A stretch of DNA of 64,000 nucleotides from Schmidtea polychroa. Lineage: Eukaryota. This document shows, piece by piece, positions 14,501 to 26,574 of this stretch. Numbering within the stretch: position 1 is the first letter of the stretch; each line of letters begins with the position of its first letter. The notes beneath the pieces were generated by a model. The model saw only the letters and a list, made by a program, of their open reading frames with translations, was not told where the DNA came from and did not search any database. The translations under genes and the position numbers were made by a program. The stretch is taken from positions 209,498,001 through 209,562,000 of the forward strand of contig CM097885.1 of assembly GCA_044892525.1 (NCBI GenBank), written 5' to 3'.

Positions 14501-17500
14501 TATGTGAATCCTTTCAAACACATTTTGAAAATTTTCCATCTTTCGTCTCAAAAATTAAAAAAAATCATTATATATATAAAATAACATGAAACAGTCATAA
14601 TCATAAATGCTTCACAAAGAATTCTATTCTTAATAATGATCAAAATTTATTAATAAGTCCATCCCATTTGAGAAATATTCAATCAACAACAAATCCTTTG
14701 AGGATATTTTAAACGTTTACTAATTATTTATATGTTAAAATATTACCATTATATCTTATACCTTATGCGTACCGAAATAATGTACTTATTTTAAACTAAA
14801 TATTGTTTCATGTTTTCAATTAAAAAATTTTAATAACTGAAATTGTTTTGATAATCATTTTTGCATGTAATTAAAACAAACACAATCTAACTGATTTCAT
14901 AGACACAATGAAAAGTCAAAGCAATAAAATAATTAAAAATTTGTAGAAATTTTTTAAAAAATACTACAAAATTATAGAATTATTTTCTTTGAATTCAATT
15001 TTTAAATTTATTATAAACATTTATTTATTGTTAATTACTCAAAACAAAATTAAAATCCAACTAATAGATAAATTCAACCAATTGCTTAAATTTATCTAAA
15101 TACTAAAATGTTTTTTTTAATGTTATCCATTGATCTGTATTATTTTTTGATGACATTTCATTTATTTTCATTCTAACGAAAGATTAATAGGACAAATTTC
15201 TTTCTATGTTTTCCCAGAATGAAAATGTACTTCGAGTACTAGCCTCGGAAATGGTTTTCAATTTAATTAAAAAAATTATTTGATCTTTTTAGGGTGTCTA
15301 TTTTATTGCTTGTTTGCATGTTTGTTTTATTATAGAAATTACTTACATTGGGTTTGTATGTTTCATTAATTATGTTAATTAATTATGATTTTATTATTCC
15401 ATACAAACAGAGATATCAACAATTGTAACGGACATTTTAAAATTTAAACATTCTAATACATAATGTTAAACTGTAGTTTATTATAAATTTTAAACATTTG
15501 ATCCTTTAAATATATAGGAAACAGTTATATTTTTTATTAAATTTATATTTTTCTAAAGTTTTTTGAAATAATTTTAATGAAACATACAAACACGATGTAT
15601 GCAATTTCTATAATAAAACAAACATGTAAACAGATGATAAAATGCACCCCCGAAAAATGATATTCCCATTTTTAATCAAATAATTTTTTTTTAATGAAAA
15701 ACATTTCCGAGGCTAGTATTCGAAGTCCATTTTCACTTTGGGAAAACATAGAAAGAAAACTGCCAGATTTAATTGTTTATTATTAATAATTGTTGTTAAA
15801 TTATTGTTAAAAATCATTTTCACAATATTAAATTTTTTTATAAAATCTTTGATTAAATAGCAAATGATAGGCGATTGGGTTTCTAAATTTTTAAATTTTG
15901 ATAACTTATTTATAAATAAAATTAAAAATACTAAACTAAAATCGTCTGACAAAGAGACCAATAAAAATAAATAAATGCTGTGTACAATATGTGACAATCC
16001 AACAGACTCCAAAAATATTATGGGGAGATGGTAAGGAAATAGTTTGATTTTAATTAATTAACTTTAAATTTAATATTTCAATTATAAATAACGTTATTCA
16101 ATGCTTTTCTGCTATATTTCCCATATATATTTCTACTATATTTCTAATTAATTTATTTAAAAAACCAAACTTGAAAAAGTTGGTTTTTTAAATAAATTAT
16201 AATTTACATTGCTTCACTTTGCTTCTCTACAACTCATGGAAAGTTGGAATGTGATAAAAGTTTTTATCATAAAATTCTAGAAAAACTCTCGAATTGCAAT
16301 ATTTTTATAATTAAAAAATCTCGTAATAAATGATTTCTACTCATAATTTTTGATCGAATGTGTGTAATTTTCTTATAGGGTTGTTTTGTAGTGCCTTCCT
16401 ATAGTAAATGTCTGAAATTTATGCCGGTGTCCTTATTTATTTTTTTATATGTAATTTAATTCTATCTTANNNNNNNNNNNNNNNNNNNNNNNNNNNNNNN
16501 NNNNNNNNNNNNNNNNNNNNNNNNNNNNNNNNNNNNNNNNNNNNNNNNNNNNNNNNNNNNNNNNNNNNNNNNNNNNNNNNNNNNNNNNNNNNNNNNNNNN
16601 NNNNNNNNNNNNNNNNNNNNNNNNNNNNNNNNNNNNNNNNTACCTCCGCCTTGTAACCAACCGTTGGGGACCAAACGAAAAAATATAGTATTTTGATAGT
16701 GTAATTTAAATGTTTCAACTTCATTGTGTTTCGATTCTCCCTTTTCTCCCGTGCACAATGAACGAAAATTTTCGCATGTCTTTGGAACAATATCATTATA
16801 CAACTAAATATTAAAAACTAGTTCAATACCATGAATCACAGAAACCAATAGATAATATAAAAAATTACTAAAAATATTTTTACCTATCAAATTTATTTAT
16901 TATCAAACAAATATTAAATTTAAGTAATAAACAATATTAACTATTAGAAGCTGCTAGAACATCTTCTAAATTATTTTTTAAATCTGGTTCAAAAGATAAC
17001 GTCATAATTCCAAGTATTTATTTAATCAAATATTGTCTAATTTTCAAACCAATTTTCAGCTTTGAATAAAATATTTTCAAAGCCATTTATTAAAATTTCA
17101 AAATTTAAAATATATTTATTTAAAAATTATTTACAAATAAAACTTCTTTTAAAAAAAACTTATTTATTTAAAATTTATCTTTAACAAAATCTCTTTTCAA
17201 TTTAAAAATTATTTTAAAACTTATTTTAATAGTCAATTATTTATCATTTAAAATTATCTTAATAAATTGATTAATTAATTGATCATTGAAATATTTAATT
17301 CTCAGCTGAAAACACCTCGCATTAACATTTATTTTTCAAAAAGTAATATTTTATATCAGTGAAAAACAGTTCAGGATTACAGCACTTTTCACCATTATAA
17401 ATAATATATTCACTTTTATAAATTACATATTTTTCATGGAAAACATAATTAACAAACATCAAGTGAATGTCAAAATATACTAATTACAGATAAATAAGCT

Positions 17501-19606
17501 CAAAAATTATCAACAATATTGGAACTTACAGTTTCAGTGACTTATTCTTTAATCAAAAATAAATTCACAAAAATAAGTTACAATAATAATAATAATAATT
17601 TTCACGAATAAGTAGCACTTAAGCTAGAAAACCCAGCTTATACAAAGCTCATATTTGTTGTAAATTATAAATACAGTAGAAACTCGATTATCTGAACCAT
17701 TTGGAAAGACATGTACATATAATATGAAATTTTATATTTGTCTAGATATACATATAGTTTAAATATTAAATTATTTTTTAAAACTAGCTGTTCTTTTTGA
17801 AGCTGCTAAATCGCAAATACTTTTAAGACATATAGGTTGTAATAATAAGAATTTCGTGAGTAACTTTTTCATTTCTTTCATTATTTATGAATACACTTCC
17901 AATCAGCGCCGTACTATCGCAAGTGCAACAAGTGCAATCGCACTGGGCCCCCTATTTTTGAGGGGCCCCATATATTAAATACATTAGAAAAACTTCTCCA
18001 ATACCATAAATTACTACGAATTGAAAGAAAAAAAAAATTTGAAAATTCAAAATTCGTTTAACTTTCAAAAAATCTAGTTGGCAACGATTTAATTTGAAAC
18101 AAATATACCTAATAATTCAGTTGTTTTATTATTATTTATTATTTGCTATTATTTTTTTAAATACAATCAATAAAAAATTAATTCAAATTTAAAAAAAAAA
18201 TTTTTTTAGTTTCTGCACAGGGCCCCCAAAAGTTACAGCACGGCGTTGCTTCCAATATCATTTTAGAAAAGGACAAGATTAGATGAATTTAGATTTTGAA
18301 TTAGATGAGAATTTCATGGATGATGTCAATCAGTAAAAACCATTAAATATAAAACTGACTCAATTTAGTAGTAAACTCTAAGACTGTGGTTTTCAAGGTG
18401 TGAACCAAGATTTCAGTTGAAGCCACTGGGGTTTTTTGTGACCAAGGACAATTTAAGAGTCCATGGCAGATTTGTTATAATATTTGCTCTTTTGCGACAA
18501 TATATCTTACTGAAACCGGGTTTTCCATTTTTGTAACAATTAAAATAAAGTAAGAAATATGCTCAATCTAGCTACCATTTGAATTACTGATATAAAAATT
18601 TTATCGGCATCATGGAAGTCAATAATTAAAATTTTTTGATTTTTACTTGATTAATACATTAATTAACTTTTATATTACATGATATAATAAAAATATTATA
18701 ATCAAAAATGAATGAGATAATATCTATTAGTACCTCAATCAAAAAACTGCCTGCTGGCTCTTCATCTATTTCTATTTCCATGTGAATANNNNNNNNNNNN
18801 NNNNNNNNNNNNNNNNNNNNNNNNNNNNNNNNNNNNNNNNNNNNNNNNNNNNNNNNNNNNNNNNNNNNNNNNNNNNNNNNNNNNNNNNNNNNNNNNNNNN
18901 NNNNNNNNNNNNNNNNNNNNNNNNNNNNNNNNNNNNNNNNNNNNNNNNNNNNNNNNNNNNNNNNNNNNNNNNNNNNNNNNNNNNNNNNNNNNNNNNNNNN
19001 NNNNNNNNNNNNNNNNNNNNNNNNNNNNNNNNNNNNNNNNNNNNNNNNNNNNNNNNNNNNNNNNNNNNNNNNNNNNNNNNNNNNNGTCCTAATATTAAAT
19101 TTGTAATTATTTCATAATAATATTCTCATTGATAAATTTATTTAAACCTTACTTTTCGACTATCAAGTTCATCTTTATATGCGTCTTCAGCTATCGTTGT
19201 ATAAAGAGGTATAGGGCGAAAATCTCTATGTTCAAAATCTGTTAAAGCCCATCTACTGAATTCAGATATCGATCCCAAAACTGAACCATCTAGGAACACA
19301 ATTACTTGTTCGTTGAAAGCCCACATTTCGCCTTTCAGTTCCTAGAATATTTAGTTAATAATCTTTGTAAAATATAGTTTCGACTAATACCTTTTTTTTG
19401 TCTTCGATGTAATTTGACCATTCAAATTCAAGCATTCTGATAACTGAAGGATCTTGGAATTTTGTTGGAAATTTTTCAAATAAGTCCTGAAAAATAAAAT
19501 ATAATGAACATAATATTATTATTACAAATGAATATCATACTTTAGCTAAATATTGAGATTGGTGAAATGGAATGTGACCAACTAAACCAATTATTTCTAA
19601 TTTCAT
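11592..19606 (-). CDS. PPIL6: Peptidyl-prolyl cis-trans isomerase-like 6 (cyclophilin), 8 exons
   Basis: Exons (minus): 19541-19606 MKLEIIGLVGH..; 19391-19486 DLFEKFPTKFQDP..LEFEW..; 19153-19341 ELKGEMW..; from the gap to 18734 IHMEIEIDEEPAGSFLIE; 16644-16803 LYNDIVPKTCENFRSLCTGEKG..FFRLVPNGWLQGG; 13962-14018 DIWYGRGSGGESIYGPTFE; 11775-11910 [32 protein letters not shown]..YVAFG; 11592-11727 SIIEG..NERP..stop. All visible junctions are GT-AG and phase-consistent. The N-terminal extension is diagnostic of PPIL6. The start of exon 4 lies in an N gap. Confidence 0.93.
12651..13296 (+). pseudogene. Degenerate Tc1/mariner-superfamily transposase
   Basis: HTH-like segment (SLGKLARKFNFSKFYITRVLKE) and, in another frame, KIFPPKVLVWVVVSRNG and YIKECL, as in mariner/Tc1 DDE domains. 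Broken by stops and frameshifts. Confidence 0.65.
13570..13694. repeat. Terminus of an Ac/hAT-like element with subterminal ACCGGTTA/AACCGGTAA repeats
   Basis: A cluster of near-palindromic ACCGGT(T/A)A repeats ending ...ATTGCAAGCCCTA (TAGGGCTTGCAAT on minus). Confidence 0.5.
15197..15758. mobile_element. MITE-like element with ~85-bp imperfect inverted arms
   Basis: TTTCTTTCTATGTTTTCCCAGAATGAAAATGTACTTCGAGTACTAGCCTCGGAAATG at 15197 is mirrored, as the reverse complement, at about 15700-15758. Confidence 0.7.
16470..16640. other. Assembly gap (171 N)
   Basis: Run of N. Confidence 1.
17904..18248. mobile_element. hAT-type MITE
   Basis: TIRs CAGCGCCGTAC / GCACGGCGTTG with a perfect 8-bp TSD CTTCCAAT. 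Confidence 0.88.
18789..19085. other. Assembly gap (297 N), hides the start of PPIL6 exon 4
   Basis: Run of N. Confidence 1.
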
Positions 19607-19949
19607 GATAATTTATTACAGTTTATTTAATTTTTCCTATAAAAAGTAGTATTTAATAAATTTCAAAGAATATTTAAAATTAACTTTTTAAAAAGTCTAC
19701 TATGACAACGGGGAAACCGGAATTTTAAAACAACTAATTAAAAATTTTATTAACATTTTAGCCAAAACTTAGTTTACTCAATTTTTTGATAATTTGTATA
19801 TGTTTTTAATTCTAACACTTGATAAAATAACTTTGATAATTTATTGATATAATGTAATCTATCTTATTATATCAGGAAATGAAATTTTGTATTTCAAAAA
19901 CATATATAATACGAAATGATGGAATGTATAATGTTTATGCTTAATTTCA

Positions 19950-21690
19950 AATTTTGTAGGCTCATTTTTTGAAACTCTCAAGATTCACACGAAAGAAAAA
20001 ATTTTTGAATTGTATTTTTATAGTGATATTTTTGATCGGTATTCGTTTTGGCATTTCTTTGTCTCAGTTTTAATTTAAATTGTTTCATTATTCGTCAAAG
20101 TGCTGAACTCGTAATTTTACGAAGTAATTTAGGTGTCTCGGAGGGGTTAGCTTCAGCTAAGTTTCCTCATAAGTTTATTTTAGGGGTGCGGTATTATTTT
20201 TCGTCTTGACAGTCTAGTTTTAAGTTTCCGATAATAGTAATGTTGCTTAAAGTTATATTCAGAGATTTTTAGAAAGGATTTGTCCTTATTTTCCAGTTTG
20301 ATTTAAAGGTATTTTAGGTTCCTTTTAACTGTCGTCATTATTTAAAGTTATGTTTCCAAAATTTTGCGCATGGGTCCGCTCTTATTTTCAAGTTTTATTT
20401 GATTCATCATATAATGTTAATATTCAAAGTTATCCATTAATGTTTGGACTGGTATCAACCATTATTTTTAGATGTTAAGTACTTAATTTAGTTATGATCG
20501 GTGAGAAATTCGTTTGCCTTGTGATTAGTGTCGTCAAGTTTAAGTAAATTTGATATCGATTACTAGCCTCACATAGCGCACTGGATATTAGTGCGATGAG
20601 TCCTTAGTGTTGTGTGATAAGATCTTGGAACAACGAACAAACTAAAGAGCTTGACACAGCTTCGATCTTCATATCTGATTTACCTTACCCATAGAGTTCC
20701 ACGACTGACCGACTTACTTATCGCGAGCATGGAACGGGCACGCAGGGGCGTATCAAATGTAGACACAGGGAGGTTGAGAATATTTCCACCTCTCACTATT
20801 GATTGTTCACACAAGCCACAATGGGTTAACCTGTGAACGGTGTAGTAGAAACTACTTATTCCTCGTATGTCAATATGATCTATAATCTACTATCTTGTTA
20901 ATCATAATGACTGTGGCTGAAAAAGGTTTAGCGATTTTTTCGTATGAAAGTGAATTGGTTTTTTGAAGATAACAAAAGAAAACAAAACTTAATTCAAGAA
21001 TTTAATCGCATAATGATTTTTACTTTTTCAAATTTTTTTTCCTTCTATAAATTCAGAAAAAATTGGTCTATATAAAACTTTTCAGCATTGAATTCTGACT
21101 GAAATGGGTCAGTATTTATAATCTTATTTTGGTGTGCGAGCATATGAGCGTGCACTGATTCAGTAAAACAAATTTGAATTATTTTAATTCTGATTAATTT
21201 TGAATTTGAATTTTGATCTTTTTTGATGGCGATTTTTTATAATTTATGATTTATTTTATCTTTTTATTTTTATATTTTGTTTAATATCTGTTAATTTCGG
21301 CGCCATGATTGATGTGGCCATTTTCTAAAATATTCTAAGCTACTTTAATAATTTTATTATAATTTCTAAATTTTTATATTTTAATTAACTTCAACTATTT
21401 TTTGGCGGCCATGATTGATTTCGCCATTTTTATAGAATATTCTAACATTTCTTATCATTTCTATTATAATTTTGACTCCCAATTTCATTTTTTAATGATA
21501 TTTTGTGGAAGTATTTTCCATTTCCGTTTTTACTTTCTCTTATCACCATTTACTCACATTTGATTACTTTCTGTTATGTATCTATGCTATGTTTGAGTTT
21601 ATTTGGTGCAATACTTCTTGCTCTTCTTGTTTTATTTAATTTTTGTGTTTTATTATTTTTCTGGTGTGTAAGTTCTTTTAGTGGTGTCTG
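19950..21690 (-). mobile_element. Truncated member (E2) of the giant LTR-like family: promoter-region fragment
   Basis: The reverse complement of about 21100-21690 is collinear with 49090-49630, e.g. AATAATAAA(A)CACA(A/C)AAATTAAATAAAA, AAAATGGCG..CATCA, CATCAATCATGGCGCC vs CCATCATGGACGTC, and TATAAATACTGACCCATTTCAGTCA vs TATATATACTGACACGTTTCAGTCA. The lower boundary is approximate. Confidence 0.6.
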
Positions 21691-21949
21691 AGAACACCAA
21701 AATCATCAATAAAATATATTGATAAATGAACTGGCTTTTACTAATAGTTTAAATTTTTCAATTCAATGAGATTACACAAAGTTAACACAATTTATGTTTC
21801 TGAGAGATAATCACTTTTTTCTGGTTCCATGCATCTCAAAATTATTGAAAATTAGTATTGTTGGGGTGCTGCTTGGTTGACTTTGATAAAAATTTCGATT
21901 CATGTCTAGAGGATGGTGGGTTCTTACACTAACATCTATCGCATTTCTG

Positions 21950-22128
21950 TCAACCTCAAGTAATACTCCAAATGATTGCTCTCACGACATGATACCCATG
22001 AATTGTTCCATGTTAGTACTGCATCATGTCGGCGAGACGTCAGAAAACAGGTAATCCTCTACCTTAGGACGACTCTTTCCTGATGACTCAACTTACTCTC
22101 ATCCGACGGCCGATAGAAGGTCTTACGT
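21950..22128 (-). ncRNA. Conserved structured RNA motif, copy 1 (predicted cis-element)
   Basis: Invariant CCTTCTATCGG (22110-22120, minus). Bulged hairpin CATGATGC-AGTA-CT-AAC-ATGGA-ACAA-TTCAT-GG-GTATCATG has the same geometry as copies 2 and 3. Confidence 0.7.
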
Positions 22129-22341
22129 CTCATCTACTCCATGAGTTATCTCAAACCCTCATCGCTCTCTAAACTAACTGTCATTCGTTATTCGAAAGTA
22201 TCAAAATTAAGATTTAGTATAGCCAAGACAAACTCTTCACAAAAACAGAAAAACATCTATTGATCGGTTTACAACAAATTTTTCAAACTACACATAAAAT
22301 CAGACTATATTACTACGGTCAAATCAGGAATTCATGTTAAG

Positions 22342-22524
22342 TCAATTGCTTTTCGACTCAATGATAGCGATTTGGTTTTCTTTGGCGGCTTCCTCAAACA
22401 GAGCTTTTAAATCGAAAAATTCTGAAGCATTCTCCTCCCACGTTGCGCCAGCAGCTGAGATGACTCGACATTGCACACTGGCATTCGAGGTCGACGCGGG
22501 AGCGGATTCGATAGTCGCTTGCAT
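22342..22524 (-). CDS. Small ORF C (60 aa) immediately downstream of ORF B' in E1; unknown function
   Basis: ATG-initiated ORF in the GC-richer part of E1, 26 nt after the ORF B' stop. No recognisable domain. Confidence 0.3.
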   Translation of the reverse strand: MQATIESAPASTSNASVQCRVISAAGATWEENASEFFDLKALFEEAAKENQIAIIESKSN

Positions 22525-22550
22525 AGTTTTTGTTCCTTTTTGATCACGCG

Positions 22551-23093
22551 CTATTTCTGTTTTTTCTTGCGCTCTGCTCGTGATAGTTGTCGTCGCTTGG
22601 GCTTCAATGGTTGGATTGTAGTGCAGGATGCACTTGGTGTTTGGACAGATTTGGGCTTCACTTTACTGGTGCCCATGAAAACGACTTCATCGGTGCTTGG
22701 CGAGAGTACTGCCTCAATGCACTCTTGACAATATTTCTCTGAAGTTCGATGTTTATTAAGTGTCCGATCATAGTGGACAGGAAACACATTATCTTCCTCG
22801 GCTATTGGGATATTCACAATTTTCTGGGTCATCGATGCTTGAATGTACACTTTGTGCAGAGCTTCCGACTGCTCTGTGATGAGAAGTCTTTGCGAACGAC
22901 TTTCTGCGATTAAGCTCTCACGACAATGTTCGCTACGGAACAGCCTTTTCTGGGTCTCTTTCATTTGGGCAGGGTTGAACCAAGTACCATTTGAATGCCC
23001 CAATTTGAACTTGCAGACTCTTAATGGCCGCATTCTTGTCGCACAGGAGAAGCAAGGTATGATTTGACTATTTTTTTCAGGATTAGTATTCAT
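22551..23093 (-). CDS. Element-encoded ORF B' (180 aa), homologue of 53721-54205
   Basis: Shares KFKL..GTWFNPAQMK and KPKRRQLSRAERKK with ORF B ([28 protein letters not shown]). The ATG is directly preceded by a polypyrimidine tract and AG (TCTCTTATTTCCTTTATAG|ACCATG). Confidence 0.7.
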   Translation of the reverse strand: MNTNPEKNSQIIPCFSCATRMRPLRVCKFKLGHSNGTWFNPAQMKETQKRLFRSEHCRESLIAESRSQRLLITEQSEALHKVYIQASMTQKIVNIPIAEEDNVFPVHYDRTLNKHRTSEKYCQECIEAVLSPSTDEVVFMGTSKVKPKSVQTPSASCTTIQPLKPKRRQLSRAERKKKQK

Positions 23094-25576
23094 GGTCTAT
23101 AAAGGAAATAAGAGACAATAATTTAGAAGAAAAATTAGGTGTATTCGAAATAATCATGTGAAGGATTAGACCTTCCTTTTTCCAGTAATACATAGGAGTC
23201 TCCAACACTCATCGAAACTATTAATTCAGTAGTTCATTAACAGGACAGAGATGATCGATAGAAATAATAAAAAATATTTGGGAAAGGAAACCCATCCAGA
23301 CGATCTACTAGAATTACTTACTGATGTATTTAAAACCCGGAAGTGGATATAATTGTAATTAAGATAATTCATTTATTAAATTTATACTCACGGTTATCAT
23401 AGCAAAATTAATAGCAAAATTAATTTCAAAACCAGATCTAACTATTTTTACTTTATACTCGATTAACTACACTGATGGTACAAAATGTCATTAATAAATG
23501 AAGGAAATTGTTAACTTGATTGTATTATCGCTGACTTGTTTAAAACAAAAATTAAATCAAAAATTATAAATGCGAATTCCGGCTACAAGTAAACTCTCGT
23601 CACATTACGTGTTAAATCAAAACAACGGTTGTCCTTATCTTAGGACTTGCTATATGCTTATGAATATTCAGCTGATAATTTCATTTCTAGTTACCCAACA
23701 TTTTGAGAACAGATGTCAATTACTCAAGTGTTTCATGGATTAAATTTCACTAGGTTGTTGTCCATCTCAGTCGTGCTTTATCGGGTTAGTCTGCTGTCAC
23801 TGATATCTAAGCATCGGGTGGTTCCTAATCGGTGGAAATTTCGTGTGCTACTTACTGCTACCTCCCAATTCAATTTGGCTTGAGTGATTGCAAATTCAAC
23901 CGTTGATGTCTAGCAAATGTATTTGGGCCTCTGCTACTCACGGGTAGTATGATCGATGAGATTATATGTACTGGTACCGTTTCTCGTCTACGAGTCGCAA
24001 TGGTATGGGAAAAATTTTGACATTGTATATTTAAATCTGGAGATCCGTTTCGTGATCCTTGACAATCTTGCTATATCTTACTGAAGAACTGTACATTATT
24101 GTGATGGAAATGGAAAAAACAATTTTCCTTAAAGGCAGGTTTTGATAAAATCTGGCTTTGTTTAATAAATTTTATCATAAATTGTCTTGGTTATTTTTTG
24201 TATTTTGAATGAATTTTATGATATTTTGGTTAATAATAGAATTGCATTAAATAAGTTTAAATAACAAAATTAGAAATATAGAATTTCGTCATTGGGTATA
24301 TTGGCACGGTTCTGACACGGCACATTTTTATTATCCAATGATTAGTTAAAATTGTTTCAAAATATTTTTATGATTCGCGATGAATATTCAGATCGATTTC
24401 TCTATTAGCATAACTTCAACTTCGGCTAAAGATGTAGTCATTTACGTAGTTTTTCGTGGTTGGAATGAACTTTCGAAGAATGCATTTTTATGGAAGATGG
24501 TGTCAACGACGTACTCGAAAAATTTCGTATGAAAACTTTGCCGTAACCTCATTAAGACGAACTCCTAGACAAGATGGAACGTGGATACCTCAATCACTGT
24601 GTGGATATTCTGGCTGGCACCTCATACCTCTCTATTACGACAAAATTCGATTTGTACCATTTACTACTATCATTTAATTTTTATTCCGAAATTACCGAGG
24701 AATTTACTAAGACCTTCACTGACAGACCCGTGGAGAAGCCCCCACATTCCGGCCCGAAATCAACTGCGTGACTGAAGATGACCGCATACCCACAGGCTGA
24801 GCACCCCAAGGCCCTTCGCACGATAATATGTGGCATTTCAGCTCCGCGTTACTCGACAATCATCAAAAATTAATCAAGAAATTAAATCTTTATACCAAAA
24901 TTAATAATTCAAAAGTATTACTACCAAAATGTTCAATAAAACTAATGTTAAATTCGTATGATTACTTAAATAAGGAAAAAGGAAGAAGTAAAGTAAATTT
25001 TAAATTAATTTTTAATTTGTACTAAAGATTTACAGAATCATTAAAATAAAACAAAATTTATTAAATGGCTGCTCGAAATCCTTCAAATCGGAAAAAATTG
25101 AATTCTCGAAGAATAAATTTGATTAATGAATTGAGTGAATCTGTTATCTGGCTGATCGAGTGGTTATGAATATTTGCTTTACTCTATTACAGTTAGAATG
25201 AGAGGTAAATTTATCGTAAGAAGCGGCCCTTTTATATTGTTACGCTAAAATTTCTCAACCAATCAGAATTGACTGCATTGGATTTTTATGTTTGATTTTG
25301 AAAAATAAAATTGGTGAGTTCTTACTGGTTGTTTTTTTTTTGAATTTTAATTAAATATTCTATTTTTGTTGTTATAATTATAAATTTTTAATCGTTTTTC
25401 TTGTAATTGTTTAGTTCTTAATTTTTTGTTAATGATTTTTTTTCCTTTTTAGTTTTTAATTGTTAAAATGAATTTATTTAAATTTGTTTATTATTTAATC
25501 TAGTTTAATTTGTTGCTTTCTCGTTTAAGTTACTTCTACGATAATTTTACCGCTTCTTTCTTTTAAAAAAAATTTC

Positions 25577-25684
25577 TAAAACAGTAACAAAAAGAAATAA
25601 AATTGGATTTTTTAACTGAGATAGCTTCTTTTTAAAACAGTAATAAAAAGAAATAAAATTGGATTTTTTAACTGAGATAACTTC
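25577..25684. repeat. Tandem duplication (~56-bp unit x2) inside E1
   Basis: AAAACAGTAA(C/T)AAAAAGAAATAAAATTGGATTTTT(T)AACTGAGATA(G/A)CTTC occurs twice in tandem. Confidence 0.85.
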
Positions 25685-25796
25685 TAGATTTTCAGCCCAA
25701 CAGTATCTTTCAACTCAAACTTTGATTTTGTAGACAGAGCGTTGATATTTTACTATTTGTTGGTTTTCTATAATAAATTTGTACAATTTCTCATTA

Positions 25797-25991
25797 CTAC
25801 TGAGTGTTTCTTAATTTAATCAAAATTCTGATTTCAAACTTCACGAAATGTATTTTTAGGTACATGTGCTCTGAATATATACGATGATCTTTAGTTATGC
25901 TAATTATGGCAGGCTGGTGAAGACATAAGATGTCATGGATTGCTAATGTCCGTATCTTGAATTCCCATCCCAATAGATTCAAGGACAACAT
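25797..25991 (-). pseudogene. Decayed non-LTR retrotransposon APE endonuclease N-terminus
   Basis: MLSLNLLGWEFKIRTLAIHDILCLHQPAIISIT resembles the S[WL]N..G.....l..ll....PdII.lqET start of LINE APE domains. Confidence 0.4.
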
Positions 25992-26139
25992 TGGAACATT
26001 AATACTTGATGTGCTTTTTTATCTTTTAGACTTAAAGAAAAAATCTTTAAATACGCATAGACCACAATTGATAACACAGCTCGTTTAAGCACTCAGAGTA
26101 TGAATGAAATTTATGAGTTTCGAAAAAATTTGAGGAATC

Positions 26140-26574
26140 TGTTGGCGGGCCGCAGGGGAAACAGGGCTGGTTTAGATGACTATAATGTTGCGTTGTTTTT
26201 TATGTGACGTGCACAATCAAGGTTGAATTAGATGATTTTAATGTTAAACTGTTCTTATGCAGAGTGTAATGGTGAATTTCGTTTGTTGGAGTAGCCTTGA
26301 ATTGAGAAAGAAAATAGATCCGGGAGTACAATCAAAAAAGAGAGGAACCAGGAAAATCGGACACAGACCTTCTATCGGCAGTCATTGAACCCAAGGAAGT
26401 ACTGGACAATTATAGTATACAGAGTATGCTCACGTTTTGCTAGTACTACGACCCTTGATACATTACCAACGTTGATCACTCAACGGGTATCAAGTGGTCA
26501 AATTTCAATTGTATTCTCGGTTACGCTAAAAATAGCACGACGAGGTAAATTGTTTGATTACATTTAACCCATCA
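26140..26574 (+). mobile_element. Short member (E4, 435 bp) of the giant LTR-like family retaining the 3' structured region
   Basis: 26340-26540 aligns with 54320-54511. It ends TAACCCATCA (E3 ends TAACCCACCA). A possible start TGTTGGC is at 26140, but no TSD is seen. Confidence 0.65.
26358..26539 (+). ncRNA. Conserved structured RNA motif, copy 2
   Basis: CCTTCTATCGG at 26368-26378. Stem GTACTGG/CTAGTAC encloses hairpin AGTATAC/GTATGCT. Bulged hairpin CTTGATAC-ATTA-CC-AAC-GTTGA-TCAC-TCAAC-GG-GTATCAAG. Confidence 0.75.

Larger units (their letters stand above)
21914..25702 (-). mobile_element. Giant LTR-like unit E1 (3,789 bp), diverged relative of 48953-54540
   Basis: On minus it starts TGTTGGGCTGAAAATCTAG and ends AAGAACCCACCA, the same termini as E3. 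It has a TATAAAAG box near 25235, a GC-rich leader at about 24700-24870, an ORF B homologue and the conserved RNA motif 74 nt from the end. No matching TSD (AGGA vs GTAT). Confidence 0.75.

Noticed and set aside
16408-19117. ORF-track entries containing long X runs
   Set aside because: Artefacts of translating through N gaps. Only the PPIL6 exon portions are real.
22080-22086. CTGATGA hammerhead-ribozyme core
   Set aside because: No correctly placed stem II and GAAA follow it. It is simply the complement of the domain II helix of the minus-strand RNA motif.
23750-24050. ORF A homologue in E1 (GTAGCAGAGGCCCAAA vs GTAGTAGAGGCCCAAA)
   Set aside because: Only a 16-nt match in a frame with stops; too weak to call without an alignment of more copies.
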